Source of the DNA: a virus
Lineage: Duplodnaviria > Caudoviricetes
Direction: 5' to 3' (one strand)
DNA: 34,906 nt
Virus record (IMG/VR): IMGVR_UViG_3300044233_003741
Span: 1-34,906 of that record
The position numbers were made by a program, and so were the translations under genes. Of this stretch, positions 1-8,230 are shown in pieces (within the stretch, counting starts at the first letter, position 1; every line of letters starts with the position of its first letter). The notes beneath the pieces were generated by a model. The model was given only the letters and a program-made list of their open reading frames with translations, was not told the DNA's origin and made no database searches.

Positions 1-65
1 AAAGATTGATATACGAGATAAAACTCATAGTGTTTATTTGATTCTTCTGTTTCTTTTTCTATCAT
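1..65 (-). CDS. 5' part of a gene running off the left edge; possibly terminase small subunit
   Basis: Manual translation MIEKETEESNKHYEFYLVYQS..., open to the edge; loosely resembles 'E-T/S..AY..F..Y' N-termini of some TerS proteins; position ahead of the unseen head genes fits. Confidence 0.3.
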   Translation of the reverse strand, partial: MIEKETEESNKHYEFYLVYQS

Positions 66-117
66 AGAAGTTATTAAAAGCTATTAACCGAACTCTTACC
101 GAACTTCTACATCAAGA

Positions 118-309
118 TTATTTCTTTTGCAAACTTTCAAGCATATCTGTGTATTCGCATTTCATTTGAAGTGCTTTCTCATAATCATCTATCAACTCAA
201 AGTTGTGTGAACCTACAGCTACTAATTTGTCTTCAATACTTTTCATTACAAATTCAGCTTCAGCTATTTTACCCTGAAGTCGTTTGATAACTGCTTCTTT
301 CAATACCAT
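118..309 (-). CDS. hypothetical coiled-coil phage protein
   Basis: ORF track 118..327; AAAGGAGG SD precedes MVLKE, so start moved to 309. Confidence 0.7.
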   Translation of the reverse strand: MVLKEAVIKRLQGKIAEAEFVMKSIEDKLVAVGSHNFELIDDYEKALQMKCEYTDMLESLQKK

Positions 310-478
310 TATTCCTCCTTTCATCATCAGCTTTCATGCAATCATAATGTGCATAATCTTTTGAGGCAAAAGCTACAAAGGATTGTTGAGAACTGACATC
401 TTGGTTGCAATACTTACAAGGGGCAATATATCTGTCCAAATCCTCTAGCTTTCGTTTTGTTCTTTGTTTGTTCCTCAT
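269..478 (-). CDS. small hypothetical protein, possible Zn-binding (CxxC...HxxC)
   Basis: CKYC and HYDC motifs. Confidence 0.6.
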   Translation of the reverse strand: MRNKQRTKRKLEDLDRYIAPCKYCNQDVSSQQSFVAFASKDYAHYDCMKADDERRNNGIERSSYQTTSG

Positions 479-529
479 AAATTGGCTTCTTTCCTATCTA
501 ATAAATCTAATAATAATTATTACTTTTTA

Positions 530-576
530 TTGACAATTATTACCGATATGATATGATTAGAGTATAACAAAAGGAG
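530..576 (+). promoter_or_regulatory. early sigma70-type promoter plus leader/SD
   Basis: TTGACA(530-535)-16 nt-TATGAT(552-557) with TGn extension, then TATAACAAAAGGAG. Confidence 0.75.
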
Positions 577-583
577 AAAAAAA

Positions 584-763
584 ATGAACAAAAAAAATAA
601 AGAAGTTACATTGTTAAGAGCAGGTAATGAAAAGGTAAAAAAGATTACTAGAATGAATGGTGATGTTGATTACTTTTTACAAATAGATAAAACTGGTTAC
701 ATTGAAAATGATTGGTTACCAATTGACTTTGATGAAGTCAAAAAATTGAGAGGTGATCAATAA
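584..763 (+). CDS. 59-aa hypothetical early protein (absent from ORF track)
   Basis: AAGGAG SD; MNKKNKEVTLLRAG...KKLRGDQ*; TAATG overlap with next ORF. Confidence 0.8.
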   Translation: MNKKNKEVTLLRAGNEKVKKITRMNGDVDYFLQIDKTGYIENDWLPIDFDEVKKLRGDQ

Positions 764-1053
764 TGAAAACACTAAATAAAACAAAAGAGCAAGTAAAAGC
801 AATGACTCAAAAAGAGTTTCAAGACTTGCTAGTAGAAAATACTGACAGAAACTATCATACAGAAAATGTTGTTTATATTGCCTACAGATATGGTGATAAC
901 TACTTAACAGCATGTGCTGAAATGATTCTTATCGCACATTTGAAAATTGGATGTATGACTCCAAAGCTACACAGCAAAAGAAGTCATGTATTACAATGTT
1001 TAAAAGCAAGAATGTTACCTTGTCATCAGCAAACTATTTGGGAGTGTCTATAA
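763..1053 (+). CDS. hypothetical early protein
   Basis: ORF with TAATG coupling at both ends. Confidence 0.75.
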   Translation: MKTLNKTKEQVKAMTQKEFQDLLVENTDRNYHTENVVYIAYRYGDNYLTACAEMILIAHLKIGCMTPKLHSKRSHVLQCLKARMLPCHQQTIWECL

Positions 1054-1574
1054 TGAGTAAATTCAAAGTAAGAGTTTCACTTCCTAGAAATGAATGGAAT
1101 CAGTCTAAAGCTGATTTATTGATGGAGGCTTGTAAGTTTTATGCAAAAGAAATGATGGGTGCTAGACTTGCAAACCTTTTACAAGTGAAGATTCATGTAA
1201 GAAAAAGCGTATGCAGAAAAAGAGGGAAGTATGTTGGAGGTTTCGTAAAGATGAATCCAACTGGTTCTAAAAGACAAAGAAAATTTGTCATTACATTGAA
1301 TGGCAAATTTGACATGAATACTCAACTAAAAATGTTATCTCATGAAATGATCCATGTAAGACAAAAAGCGAAAGATCAAATGCAATGGAGATACAATGAG
1401 AAGAACATGTGCTTGATGGTTAGATGGATGAACAATGCTCCAGTTAAGAGTGATGAAATTCCATACAGGGAAAGACCTTGGGAAGTTGAGGCATACAAAT
1501 ATCAAGAACATTATTACAAGATGTTCATTGATCAAATCAATATCTACAAAAACAAAATGGAGAACAATCTATGA
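1053..1574 (+). CDS. HEXXH zinc metallopeptidase-like protein
   Basis: LSHEMIH motif and downstream PWEVEAY; start moved to 1053 (TAATG overlap). Confidence 0.75.
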   Translation: MSKFKVRVSLPRNEWNQSKADLLMEACKFYAKEMMGARLANLLQVKIHVRKSVCRKRGKYVGGFVKMNPTGSKRQRKFVITLNGKFDMNTQLKMLSHEMIHVRQKAKDQMQWRYNEKNMCLMVRWMNNAPVKSDEIPYRERPWEVEAYKYQEHYYKMFIDQINIYKNKMENNL

Positions 1575-2050
1575 GTAAACTATCTGAAAGAGAAGAGGCA
1601 TATCAATACTATTCTGATACTTATAAAGACATTCATGGTATAAGACCTACTTGGATGGCTGATGTATTCAGAAAGGGTCCTAGAGTTGCTTGGAAAAAAG
1701 CATTAGCTGAAATTAGTGCTGATGCTAAAAAAGATATTGAGAATGAAAGAAAGATATATGTAGAAAATCATGACATATATTTTCCTACTTCTCATAAACT
1801 TCTAGAGCGATACTTGGATAATAAGTATAAAAATGAGTCTGATTTATGTAGAAATTTGATGAGTTATCTTATTTCTGATAATATTGTCAAAACAAAACAT
1901 GAATTAGATGTTGCTTATGAAGATTTATGTGATTTGAACCATTGGCCTGAAGGTGAGGGTTTTGGTTCAAGTGATAGATTTTCATATCTTGAAAGAGCAA
2001 AAAAATCTGTGTTGATTGAAAGAAATCACATAGATAATATTATGAAATAA
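1571..2050 (+). CDS. hypothetical phage protein
   Basis: GGAG SD; ATGA overlap; N-terminal YSDxYKDxHGxRP motif of a kind seen in small phage proteins. Confidence 0.75.
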   Translation: MSKLSEREEAYQYYSDTYKDIHGIRPTWMADVFRKGPRVAWKKALAEISADAKKDIENERKIYVENHDIYFPTSHKLLERYLDNKYKNESDLCRNLMSYLISDNIVKTKHELDVAYEDLCDLNHWPEGEGFGSSDRFSYLERAKKSVLIERNHIDNIMK

Positions 2051-2077
2051 GTTTCATAACTCCCTTTGTTGTGATAG

Positions 2078-2105
2078 AGGGTCTATATGAAAAATTATAG
2101 ACCCT
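2078..2105 (+). promoter_or_regulatory. perfect 10-bp hairpin overlapping the SD and start codon of the SET gene
   Basis: AGGGTCTATA-TGAAAAAT-TATAGACCCT; ATG at 2087. Confidence 0.7.
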
Positions 2106-2383
2106 TACCCAGTTTTCTGACAATAGCACCCTCTAATATTGAGGGTCTTGGTTTATTTACAAGAAAAAAAATAGATAGTCATATAATTCTTGGTATCTCA
2201 CACTATCAGATTGAAAAGAAGTGGATTAGAACCCCTCTCGGTGGGTTTATTAACCATTCTGAAGACTCTAACTGCAAAAAGCTGTTAATTAATACTAGAT
2301 TTTATTTACTTACTAAAAGAGTGATTGAACCTGATGAGGAACTGACTTTGACCTATACTTTATACAATATTACTTATTCTTAG
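2087..2383 (+). CDS. minimal SET-domain protein (putative lysine methyltransferase)
   Basis: S-x-IEGLGLF, GFINHS-x-x-x-NC and EELTLTY SET signatures. Confidence 0.85.
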   Translation: MKNYRPLPSFLTIAPSNIEGLGLFTRKKIDSHIILGISHYQIEKKWIRTPLGGFINHSEDSNCKKLLINTRFYLLTKRVIEPDEELTLTYTLYNITYS

Positions 2384-2888
2384 TCGGCACCCACGATTTT
2401 CCGAAACCATCTACTTCTTTTGTACCTCTGATAGTCATTCCTGAATTATCTAACAATCTTTCTAATTCTTCTTCCTCCATAGATAGTCTTTCCATGATTT
2501 CTTGATCAGATAGGTTATCCTCTTTCATTTTTCGTACAATGTTAGCCATTTTTAAAACAGCATGAGTACCTCTTGCTCTATTGTGTCTTATTGTGGACAT
2601 CATTCGGTGGTCCTTATCAAAATCAACTACTACAACAGGAACTTTTCCATCAGTCATTTGTGATACTTCTTTATCTGCTGAAAGTGTCCATCTATGAAAT
2701 CCATCAACTATTGTATTATCTGAAAGGATTACGATTGGTTGAGTCCACCCATCCTCCATTATAGAAGTTTTTAATAACTCTAATTCAGGAGGTGCTACAA
2801 AATTTGGATTGTAATCATTTGCATTTAACTCATTTCTATCAACCCATTTTACTTTTCCAACAGGTTGATTATCAATACCTTGTTTCAT
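2370..2888 (-). CDS. ibrB: IbrB/YbdM-like ParB/Sulfiredoxin-domain protein
   Basis: NDYNPNFVAPPELELLKTSI..DGWTQPIV, IVDGFHRW, STIRHNRARGTH are hallmark IbrB/YbdM motifs. Confidence 0.85.
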   Translation of the reverse strand: MKQGIDNQPVGKVKWVDRNELNANDYNPNFVAPPELELLKTSIMEDGWTQPIVILSDNTIVDGFHRWTLSADKEVSQMTDGKVPVVVVDFDKDHRMMSTIRHNRARGTHAVLKMANIVRKMKEDNLSDQEIMERLSMEEEELERLLDNSGMTIRGTKEVDGFGKSWVPTKNK

Positions 2889-4035
2889 CTTTTAACCTCA
2901 TTTGATCTATTAGTTTTTTCTTTTCAGGGTCAGCATGACTTGACATTGTTCTCAATCTTCTACCTTTCATATCTCCCCTCAAAGCTATCATACAAAGACC
3001 TTTCCATGATAAACCAGTTATATCATCAGGAGTTGTATCAGGTACTGGTCTTTTAGCAATATTAATATGATTTCCAACTGCTGACCTTACATTTTGTAGA
3101 ATAAACTTCTGTTGTTCTTTATCATACAATGCAACATTATCATAAAACCAATCTCTCCAGGTTTTACCTGCTGGAAGTTTTATACCACCAAACCCATACA
3201 ATTGTGTTCTTGAATATTTTTCAGCAGTTGATGCTCCAGGAACTCTTTGAGTCATTAATGCCCATAAATGTGGCCAACCAACTTTATATTGCCAAAGTCC
3301 TCTCATTGGTTCTTCCCCAAATGGAACACAAACTCTTTGTTCATTTTTACCTACACCCATCTTATCAAGAACATCATAAACTTTATTATAATCCCAATTA
3401 TAAATTTTTGGTGCTAACCAAACATCAGATGATGTCCAATCATAAATAGGTGAACAACCATAACTATATCCACTTCTAGCACCTGTTATCCAGTTATCTT
3501 TTACTTTACCGGCTACAGCTCTAAATCTTGTTAAACTTTCCTGCGCTCTCAAACCTCTGACATCAGCAACTCTACCATTTGTATGACTATAAACTAAATG
3601 AGATACTTCAGGAATTGTATGTCCAAATTGAAAACCTGGAATATGTGTAATAGCAAAATCAGGAATTTGTCTTACCCATTTATCTTTACATCTAGGGTCA
3701 AAAGGATACCAAAAAGGATCTCTACGACTTCCTCCATTTCTGTGTTTAACAGGAATACAAAGCCATTTTAATCTTATATCAGGATGATTTTTTACTCTCA
3801 TCAGATACTCTACTGTTTCAGGCATGATTACTTCTTCATCCCAAAAATAAACATCTAATGGTAATTTATTTTTTTCTTTTGCAATTTTAAGTGCTAGATT
3901 AAGACAGACGGTTGAGTCTTTTCCTCCTGAAAATGAAACAACTACTTTATCAAAACTATCAAATAAATATCTAAATCTGTCTAATGCTGATTGATATACA
4001 TTAGTTTCAATTTCTTGTTTTTTTAATACTACCAT
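2872..4035 (-). CDS. ibrA: IbrA/YbdN-like PAPS-reductase-family PP-loop protein
   Basis: VSFSGGKDS PP-loop, GLRAQESLTR, PIYDW...DVW, QRVCVPFG; paired with IbrB-like gene. Confidence 0.85.
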   Translation of the reverse strand: MVVLKKQEIETNVYQSALDRFRYLFDSFDKVVVSFSGGKDSTVCLNLALKIAKEKNKLPLDVYFWDEEVIMPETVEYLMRVKNHPDIRLKWLCIPVKHRNGGSRRDPFWYPFDPRCKDKWVRQIPDFAITHIPGFQFGHTIPEVSHLVYSHTNGRVADVRGLRAQESLTRFRAVAGKVKDNWITGARSGYSYGCSPIYDWTSSDVWLAPKIYNWDYNKVYDVLDKMGVGKNEQRVCVPFGEEPMRGLWQYKVGWPHLWALMTQRVPGASTAEKYSRTQLYGFGGIKLPAGKTWRDWFYDNVALYDKEQQKFILQNVRSAVGNHINIAKRPVPDTTPDDITGLSWKGLCMIALRGDMKGRRLRTMSSHADPEKKKLIDQMRLKDETRY

Positions 4036-5413
4036 AATTTGTAAAGTAATAAACGATTACACCACTTGCAGTAACTACAAAGATTGATGACCAAACTGCT
4101 AAATCAGTAAGACCATTAAATTTTGCAAATGCAAAAACTGGTACACCAAAACCTAAAGAAGTACATATTCCATAAAACATTCCTGTTTCAGAAACTTTTT
4201 TATTTATGATTGTGTAAATTGTAGGTAGTAATGTTGATGCTCTTAATGTTCCATAAAAAATAAATAAATATAATATTTTCATATCGGGAATATTTGCAAT
4301 TATAATACCACCAATTGCTAATAGAACCATTCCTGATCTAGCTCTAGTAAGTTTATTTTTTGCTTTCATATCTAAATCTGTACTTGCTATTGATGATATT
4401 GCACAAAGTCCTGAATCTAAAGTAGATACCAAACCTGATAGCAACATCCAAACAAAAGGTATTAATATAGCTTTAGGCAATAACTCGCTGACGGTAATTA
4501 TATTTATTAATTGTGCCTTATTTCCTGCATCTATACCCAAACCTGCACCCATAAAACCTATTATGGATGTAAAGATTGGAACAACACCAAAGACTAAAGC
4601 TGAAAGTAAAAATGACTTCTTGACTTCATTCTGTTTTGTTGTAAATGCTCTTTGCCAAAAGGATTGATCACCAAAGGGTCCAGCTAACAATCCAATTGTT
4701 ACAACGACTCCAAATGACCATGCAACTCCTGGATCAAAGACATTAGTAAACTCGCCAGAGATTCCACCAATGCCCTTGACCAGTACTTCATGACCGCCTC
4801 CTTTTACATACACTAGAGGCACTACTACTAATACTACCACTAGGATTATTATCATCTGCCATACATCTGTCATTATTGATGCTCTTATCCCTGAAACAAA
4901 GCTGTAGGATAAAGCTATTGCAGTAAGTATGATTGTTACGATTGTAAAGTCTATACCTGTCAAGTAAGTAACTACTGCACCACCAGCAAGTAGCTGTACA
5001 GCAAATTGACAAATTGAAAGAGCAGATAGACTAATAATATATAAAATTTGTACTCTTCTTGAATGTCTTACATTCATGTATTGAGCAAGTGTAAAACCAT
5101 TTTTAAATTTTTTTCTTAAATAATGTGCAAAGTATGCAAAGATACAAAGACATAAAATATTTGGAAAGGTAAACCAAAACACTCCAGGTAAACCCTGCTG
5201 ATATGCTTTTTGTGATGCTATAAATAAAGCTGGAGCCCATATCCAAGTTGCAGCAGTTGAAAATCCTGATTTCATAAATCCAACTTTTCTATCTGCTACT
5301 AAAAAGTTTGTATTAGTTTTAGAACCTTTTAAATAAAAATATGAAAGTCCAAACATAAACAAGCCATAACTAATCATAAGAATGTAACCTGTTTGAGGTG
5401 TAAGTGTTGTCAT
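4007..5413 (-). CDS. sodium:solute symporter (SSS) family transporter, DUR3-like
   Basis: 468 aa with roughly 13 hydrophobic segments; FLVADR, ATWIWAPALF, GIRASIMTD, DQSFWQRAF, STLDS motifs. Confidence 0.85.
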   Translation of the reverse strand: MTTLTPQTGYILMISYGLFMFGLSYFYLKGSKTNTNFLVADRKVGFMKSGFSTAATWIWAPALFIASQKAYQQGLPGVFWFTFPNILCLCIFAYFAHYLRKKFKNGFTLAQYMNVRHSRRVQILYIISLSALSICQFAVQLLAGGAVVTYLTGIDFTIVTIILTAIALSYSFVSGIRASIMTDVWQMIIILVVVLVVVPLVYVKGGGHEVLVKGIGGISGEFTNVFDPGVAWSFGVVVTIGLLAGPFGDQSFWQRAFTTKQNEVKKSFLLSALVFGVVPIFTSIIGFMGAGLGIDAGNKAQLINIITVSELLPKAILIPFVWMLLSGLVSTLDSGLCAISSIASTDLDMKAKNKLTRARSGMVLLAIGGIIIANIPDMKILYLFIFYGTLRASTLLPTIYTIINKKVSETGMFYGICTSLGFGVPVFAFAKFNGLTDLAVWSSIFVVTASGVIVYYFTNYGSIKKTRN

Positions 5414-6049
5414 TTATCTCCTAACTAAAAACATAATTGCTTCAGCAAAAGTTTTTAAATTGTGGTTATTTTTTATTTCATTAAGAATATTATAGAGTTC
5501 TTTTCTATCAGCTTCTGTAAGTAATATTGAAAACTCTACAAATTTTGTATTTTCATCTGATGGATTTGTAAATGTGTTTGATGTTTTTACTGATTCATCA
5601 CTACCATCAGTATTTTCTTTGATTGATTTATCAGTTTCCATTTCTTGAAACCTTAATTTTATATAATCAAACTCACCCTCATCAAAACCTAATAATTTTT
5701 CATCTACTTGATTTTGATCTATAAGTTCTGATATTTCCTTAACAGCTAAATCCCAATCCCAAGAAGTTTCCTCATGACTTCTGTTATCCATAAATCTATA
5801 TGCTTTTACTTTTTCATCAGATAATCCAACTGCTTTTAAAATTGGTACTTCTCTATATCCAAGTTTTTCTGCCGCTTTGTGTCTTGTGTGTCCAGCAATG
5901 ATTACATTTTTTTCATCAACTACGATTGGTTGTTGCCATCCAAATTCTTTTAAACTTAAAGCTACTTTGTCTATTGCTTTTTCTGAAATTTTTCTTGGAT
6001 TATTTTCGTATGGTTTTATTTCTGTTATGTTTATTGTTTGAATATTCAT
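5414..6049 (-). CDS. ParB N-terminal-domain protein of the type linked to phage DNA-modification genes
   Basis: IKPYENNPR, EFGWQQPIVVD, IIAGHTR, AYRFMDNR; short C-terminal RHH-like segment; no methylase domain. Confidence 0.85.
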   Translation of the reverse strand: MNIQTINITEIKPYENNPRKISEKAIDKVALSLKEFGWQQPIVVDEKNVIIAGHTRHKAAEKLGYREVPILKAVGLSDEKVKAYRFMDNRSHEETSWDWDLAVKEISELIDQNQVDEKLLGFDEGEFDYIKLRFQEMETDKSIKENTDGSDESVKTSNTFTNPSDENTKFVEFSILLTEADRKELYNILNEIKNNHNLKTFAEAIMFLVRR

Positions 6050-6093
6050 AATTAGGGGTTATTTCCACTCTCGCTTCATAACCCCATGCCTTT

Positions 6094-6735
6094 CTATCTT
6101 CTTTTGTAACCTTTGTAAAATACAAATTTATGGTGTTTTATTCTTTTTAGAAATTCCTCCCATTTATTTTTATCTTTTTCAAATTCACTAATAAACATTT
6201 CCCTTTTGTACTTGTCCATTTCGCTTAAAAGTTGCCATGCTTTTTTCTCTAATAATGCCCTCGGTGAAAGTTTTCTATTCTCATTCACTTTTGCCTTATA
6301 AAATATATTGGTGTTTTTTGTAAATTTTTGGAGGTGTTGTTGGATAATATTTATATTCACATATTTCTTACCCTCATCTTTCTCATTAGTATTGTTTTTA
6401 TTATATGTATTTATTAGTGAGTAATTTTTGCTCGGTGTTTGACCCTCTTTTGACCATTTACTTGGTTTCTGTACATAAAGTGTGTACAAGTTAGAGTTGT
6501 TCGTTCTTTTAACCCATGACAAAAACTTCCATCGCTTGAATTTTTGTAAAATCTTGGATATAGTTCGTTCAGAAAGGTTAAGGTGCTTTGATATGTAATT
6601 TACTGAAAAAAATAATTCTTTATACATTAAGTTGTATTTTATAAAAAAACACAGAACCTTTATCTGATTACCAGTAAGTTTGTAATCAAATATAAATTTT
6701 TCAGGTAATATTATAAATTTTTCTTGCTCCACCAT
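6094..6735 (-). CDS. putative replication initiator with N-terminal winged HTH
   Basis: FFSVNYISKHLNLSERTISKIL...SNLY pattern; Asn-rich linker. Confidence 0.65.
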   Translation of the reverse strand: MVEQEKFIILPEKFIFDYKLTGNQIKVLCFFIKYNLMYKELFFSVNYISKHLNLSERTISKILQKFKRWKFLSWVKRTNNSNLYTLYVQKPSKWSKEGQTPSKNYSLINTYNKNNTNEKDEGKKYVNINIIQQHLQKFTKNTNIFYKAKVNENRKLSPRALLEKKAWQLLSEMDKYKREMFISEFEKDKNKWEEFLKRIKHHKFVFYKGYKRR

Positions 6736-6758
6736 TTACATTCTTATAGGTTTTTTAT

Positions 6759-7145
6759 TTATTTTACAACTTCACTTTTAGGTTGTGTTTCAATGAATCT
6801 ACCATGTCTTCTTACAATTTCATAGATTTGATTTTTTATAGTATCAAAATCACCTTTAAGCACAAAATGTGGTGTTTTCAACTTAACCGAGTTTTCATAC
6901 CAAAGTTGTTGATTGTTTGACAATCTACCTGTGGATGTTTTTAATTCTATATAAACTATTCTACCACCTGAAAACTCAATACATAAATCAGGACATCCTG
7001 ACTTTAATCCCATCTTGTTTAGAATCATTCTAGATTGTATTGTTCTTTTACCCTCATTGGGAATATGAAAAAATCTAAACTGATATTTATCCTGAAGATA
7101 ATATAAAAATTTGCATACCTCTATTTGTATTTTGTATTCTTTCAT
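6759..7145 (-). CDS. VRR-NUC-type nuclease
   Basis: E..IQ, FHIPNEGKR, GLKSGCPDL, IELK..GRLS..Q. Confidence 0.85.
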   Translation of the reverse strand: MKEYKIQIEVCKFLYYLQDKYQFRFFHIPNEGKRTIQSRMILNKMGLKSGCPDLCIEFSGGRIVYIELKTSTGRLSNNQQLWYENSVKLKTPHFVLKGDFDTIKNQIYEIVRRHGRFIETQPKSEVVK

Positions 7146-7391
7146 TTAACATATAGTTGCAATCAGCATTCCTGTTTTATCTTTTAAGTACCAACCCTGA
7201 CTTTTTGGTCCCTGATTTTTATAATTCCAGGTATGATATGATATTTCTTCTCTGATTTCATCAGCTTTATTTGAACATTCAATAATTAATTCATCATTTG
7301 TTTTACCATTATTGATAAATTCATATTTTCTATATTCAATATCACCTTGAAAAGTAAGTACCACCATAATTACTATATATTTCATTACCAA
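7146..7391 (-). CDS. hypothetical protein with hydrophobic N-terminus
   Basis: ORF coupled to both neighbours. Confidence 0.65.
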   Translation of the reverse strand: MVMKYIVIMVVLTFQGDIEYRKYEFINNGKTNDELIIECSNKADEIREEISYHTWNYKNQGPKSQGWYLKDKTGMLIATIC

Positions 7392-7708
7392 TCAAAATGA
7401 CTATGAAACTTGTCAAATATACCTTTTCTTATTTTTTTATCAGGACTTTCAGCACAAAGTGCAAGTGCTTTTGCTATTGGATTTATTTTATATAAATGCC
7501 AAAACATTCTTTCATTCATGGAGTGTTGTTCTTGATGATGTTCTATACAAAGAGGTACAACGAAACTATCACATGGTTTCATTCCAATACCAGCACCAGC
7601 ATATCTTATATGAGCAGATTGAACATCAGTTCTACCACAGATAGTACAACCATGTTCTGAAACGAATTGTAAATGAGTTTTACTTCTTAATATCTTTTTG
7701 AATCCCAT
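7385..7708 (-). CDS. DUF968-like Zn-binding HNH-type protein
   Basis: CTICG..AHIR..GIGMKPCD..VPLC..HH..QH. Confidence 0.8.
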   Translation of the reverse strand: MGFKKILRSKTHLQFVSEHGCTICGRTDVQSAHIRYAGAGIGMKPCDSFVVPLCIEHHQEQHSMNERMFWHLYKINPIAKALALCAESPDKKIRKGIFDKFHSHFDW

Positions 7709-8036
7709 AATAATCTATAACATCTAATCCTCGTAATTTATAGATTATTTCAGGTTTTCCAGCATCATTTTTTTTTGTTTTTTCTGTATCTATAATCATA
7801 CCTAATAACTTCATTTCTGTAGTTCTCGGTCTAATTGTAAGTATATTTCTTTTCAACCTTTGTGCTAATTCAGTACCAGTAAGTCCTCCAGGATATACAC
7901 TTTCTAATTCTATCATTATCATTTTGTGTAATCTTCTTAAATGTGGGTTTATGTCTTCTGCTGATTTTATGCTGGTTCTCACCCCTCGGTGTCCAGCTTT
8001 ATTTGGATACTTATCAAAATCAAATTCACCTTGCAT
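7680..8036 (-). CDS. winged-HTH DNA-binding protein
   Basis: GLTGTELAQRL..ILTIRPRTTEM. Confidence 0.7.
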   Translation of the reverse strand: MQGEFDFDKYPNKAGHRGVRTSIKSAEDINPHLRRLHKMIMIELESVYPGGLTGTELAQRLKRNILTIRPRTTEMKLLGMIIDTEKTKKNDAGKPEIIYKLRGLDVIDYYGIQKDIKK

Positions 8037-8206
8037 TATAACTTCTCCAATGTTTTGATTATTTCTTTTTTAATATAAGGTATTCTTTCATCAGGGTCTT
8101 CAGGTAACATAACAAAAATATCTCTTTCTGCTAGTTTACATAAATCATCTAATATTCGTTCTAATATAATTTGTTTAAATTCTTCACTTTTAGTAGGGTT
8201 CATCAT
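8036..8206 (-). CDS. 56-aa hypothetical protein (absent from ORF track)
   Basis: GGAG SD; MMNPTKSEEFKQ...TLEKL*; TAATG overlap. Confidence 0.7.
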   Translation of the reverse strand: MMNPTKSEEFKQIILERILDDLCKLAERDIFVMLPEDPDERIPYIKKEIIKTLEKL

Positions 8207-8230
8207 AATATAATCTCCACTTTTTTTTTG

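Noticed and set aside
2872-4035. Annotation as sulfate-assimilation CysH or a complete Dnd/Ssp phosphorothioation system
   Set aside because: Lacks the C-terminal ECGLH of CysH; no dndB/D/E, sspB/C or cysteine desulfurase nearby; motifs and partner fit IbrA/YbdN
5414-6049. Plasmid-prophage partition system
   Set aside because: No ParA ATPase or parS repeats seen; the protein resembles modification-associated ParB-N domains
6094-6735. Iteron-type replication origin inside the initiator gene
   Set aside because: AT-rich stretch present but no convincing repeated iterons
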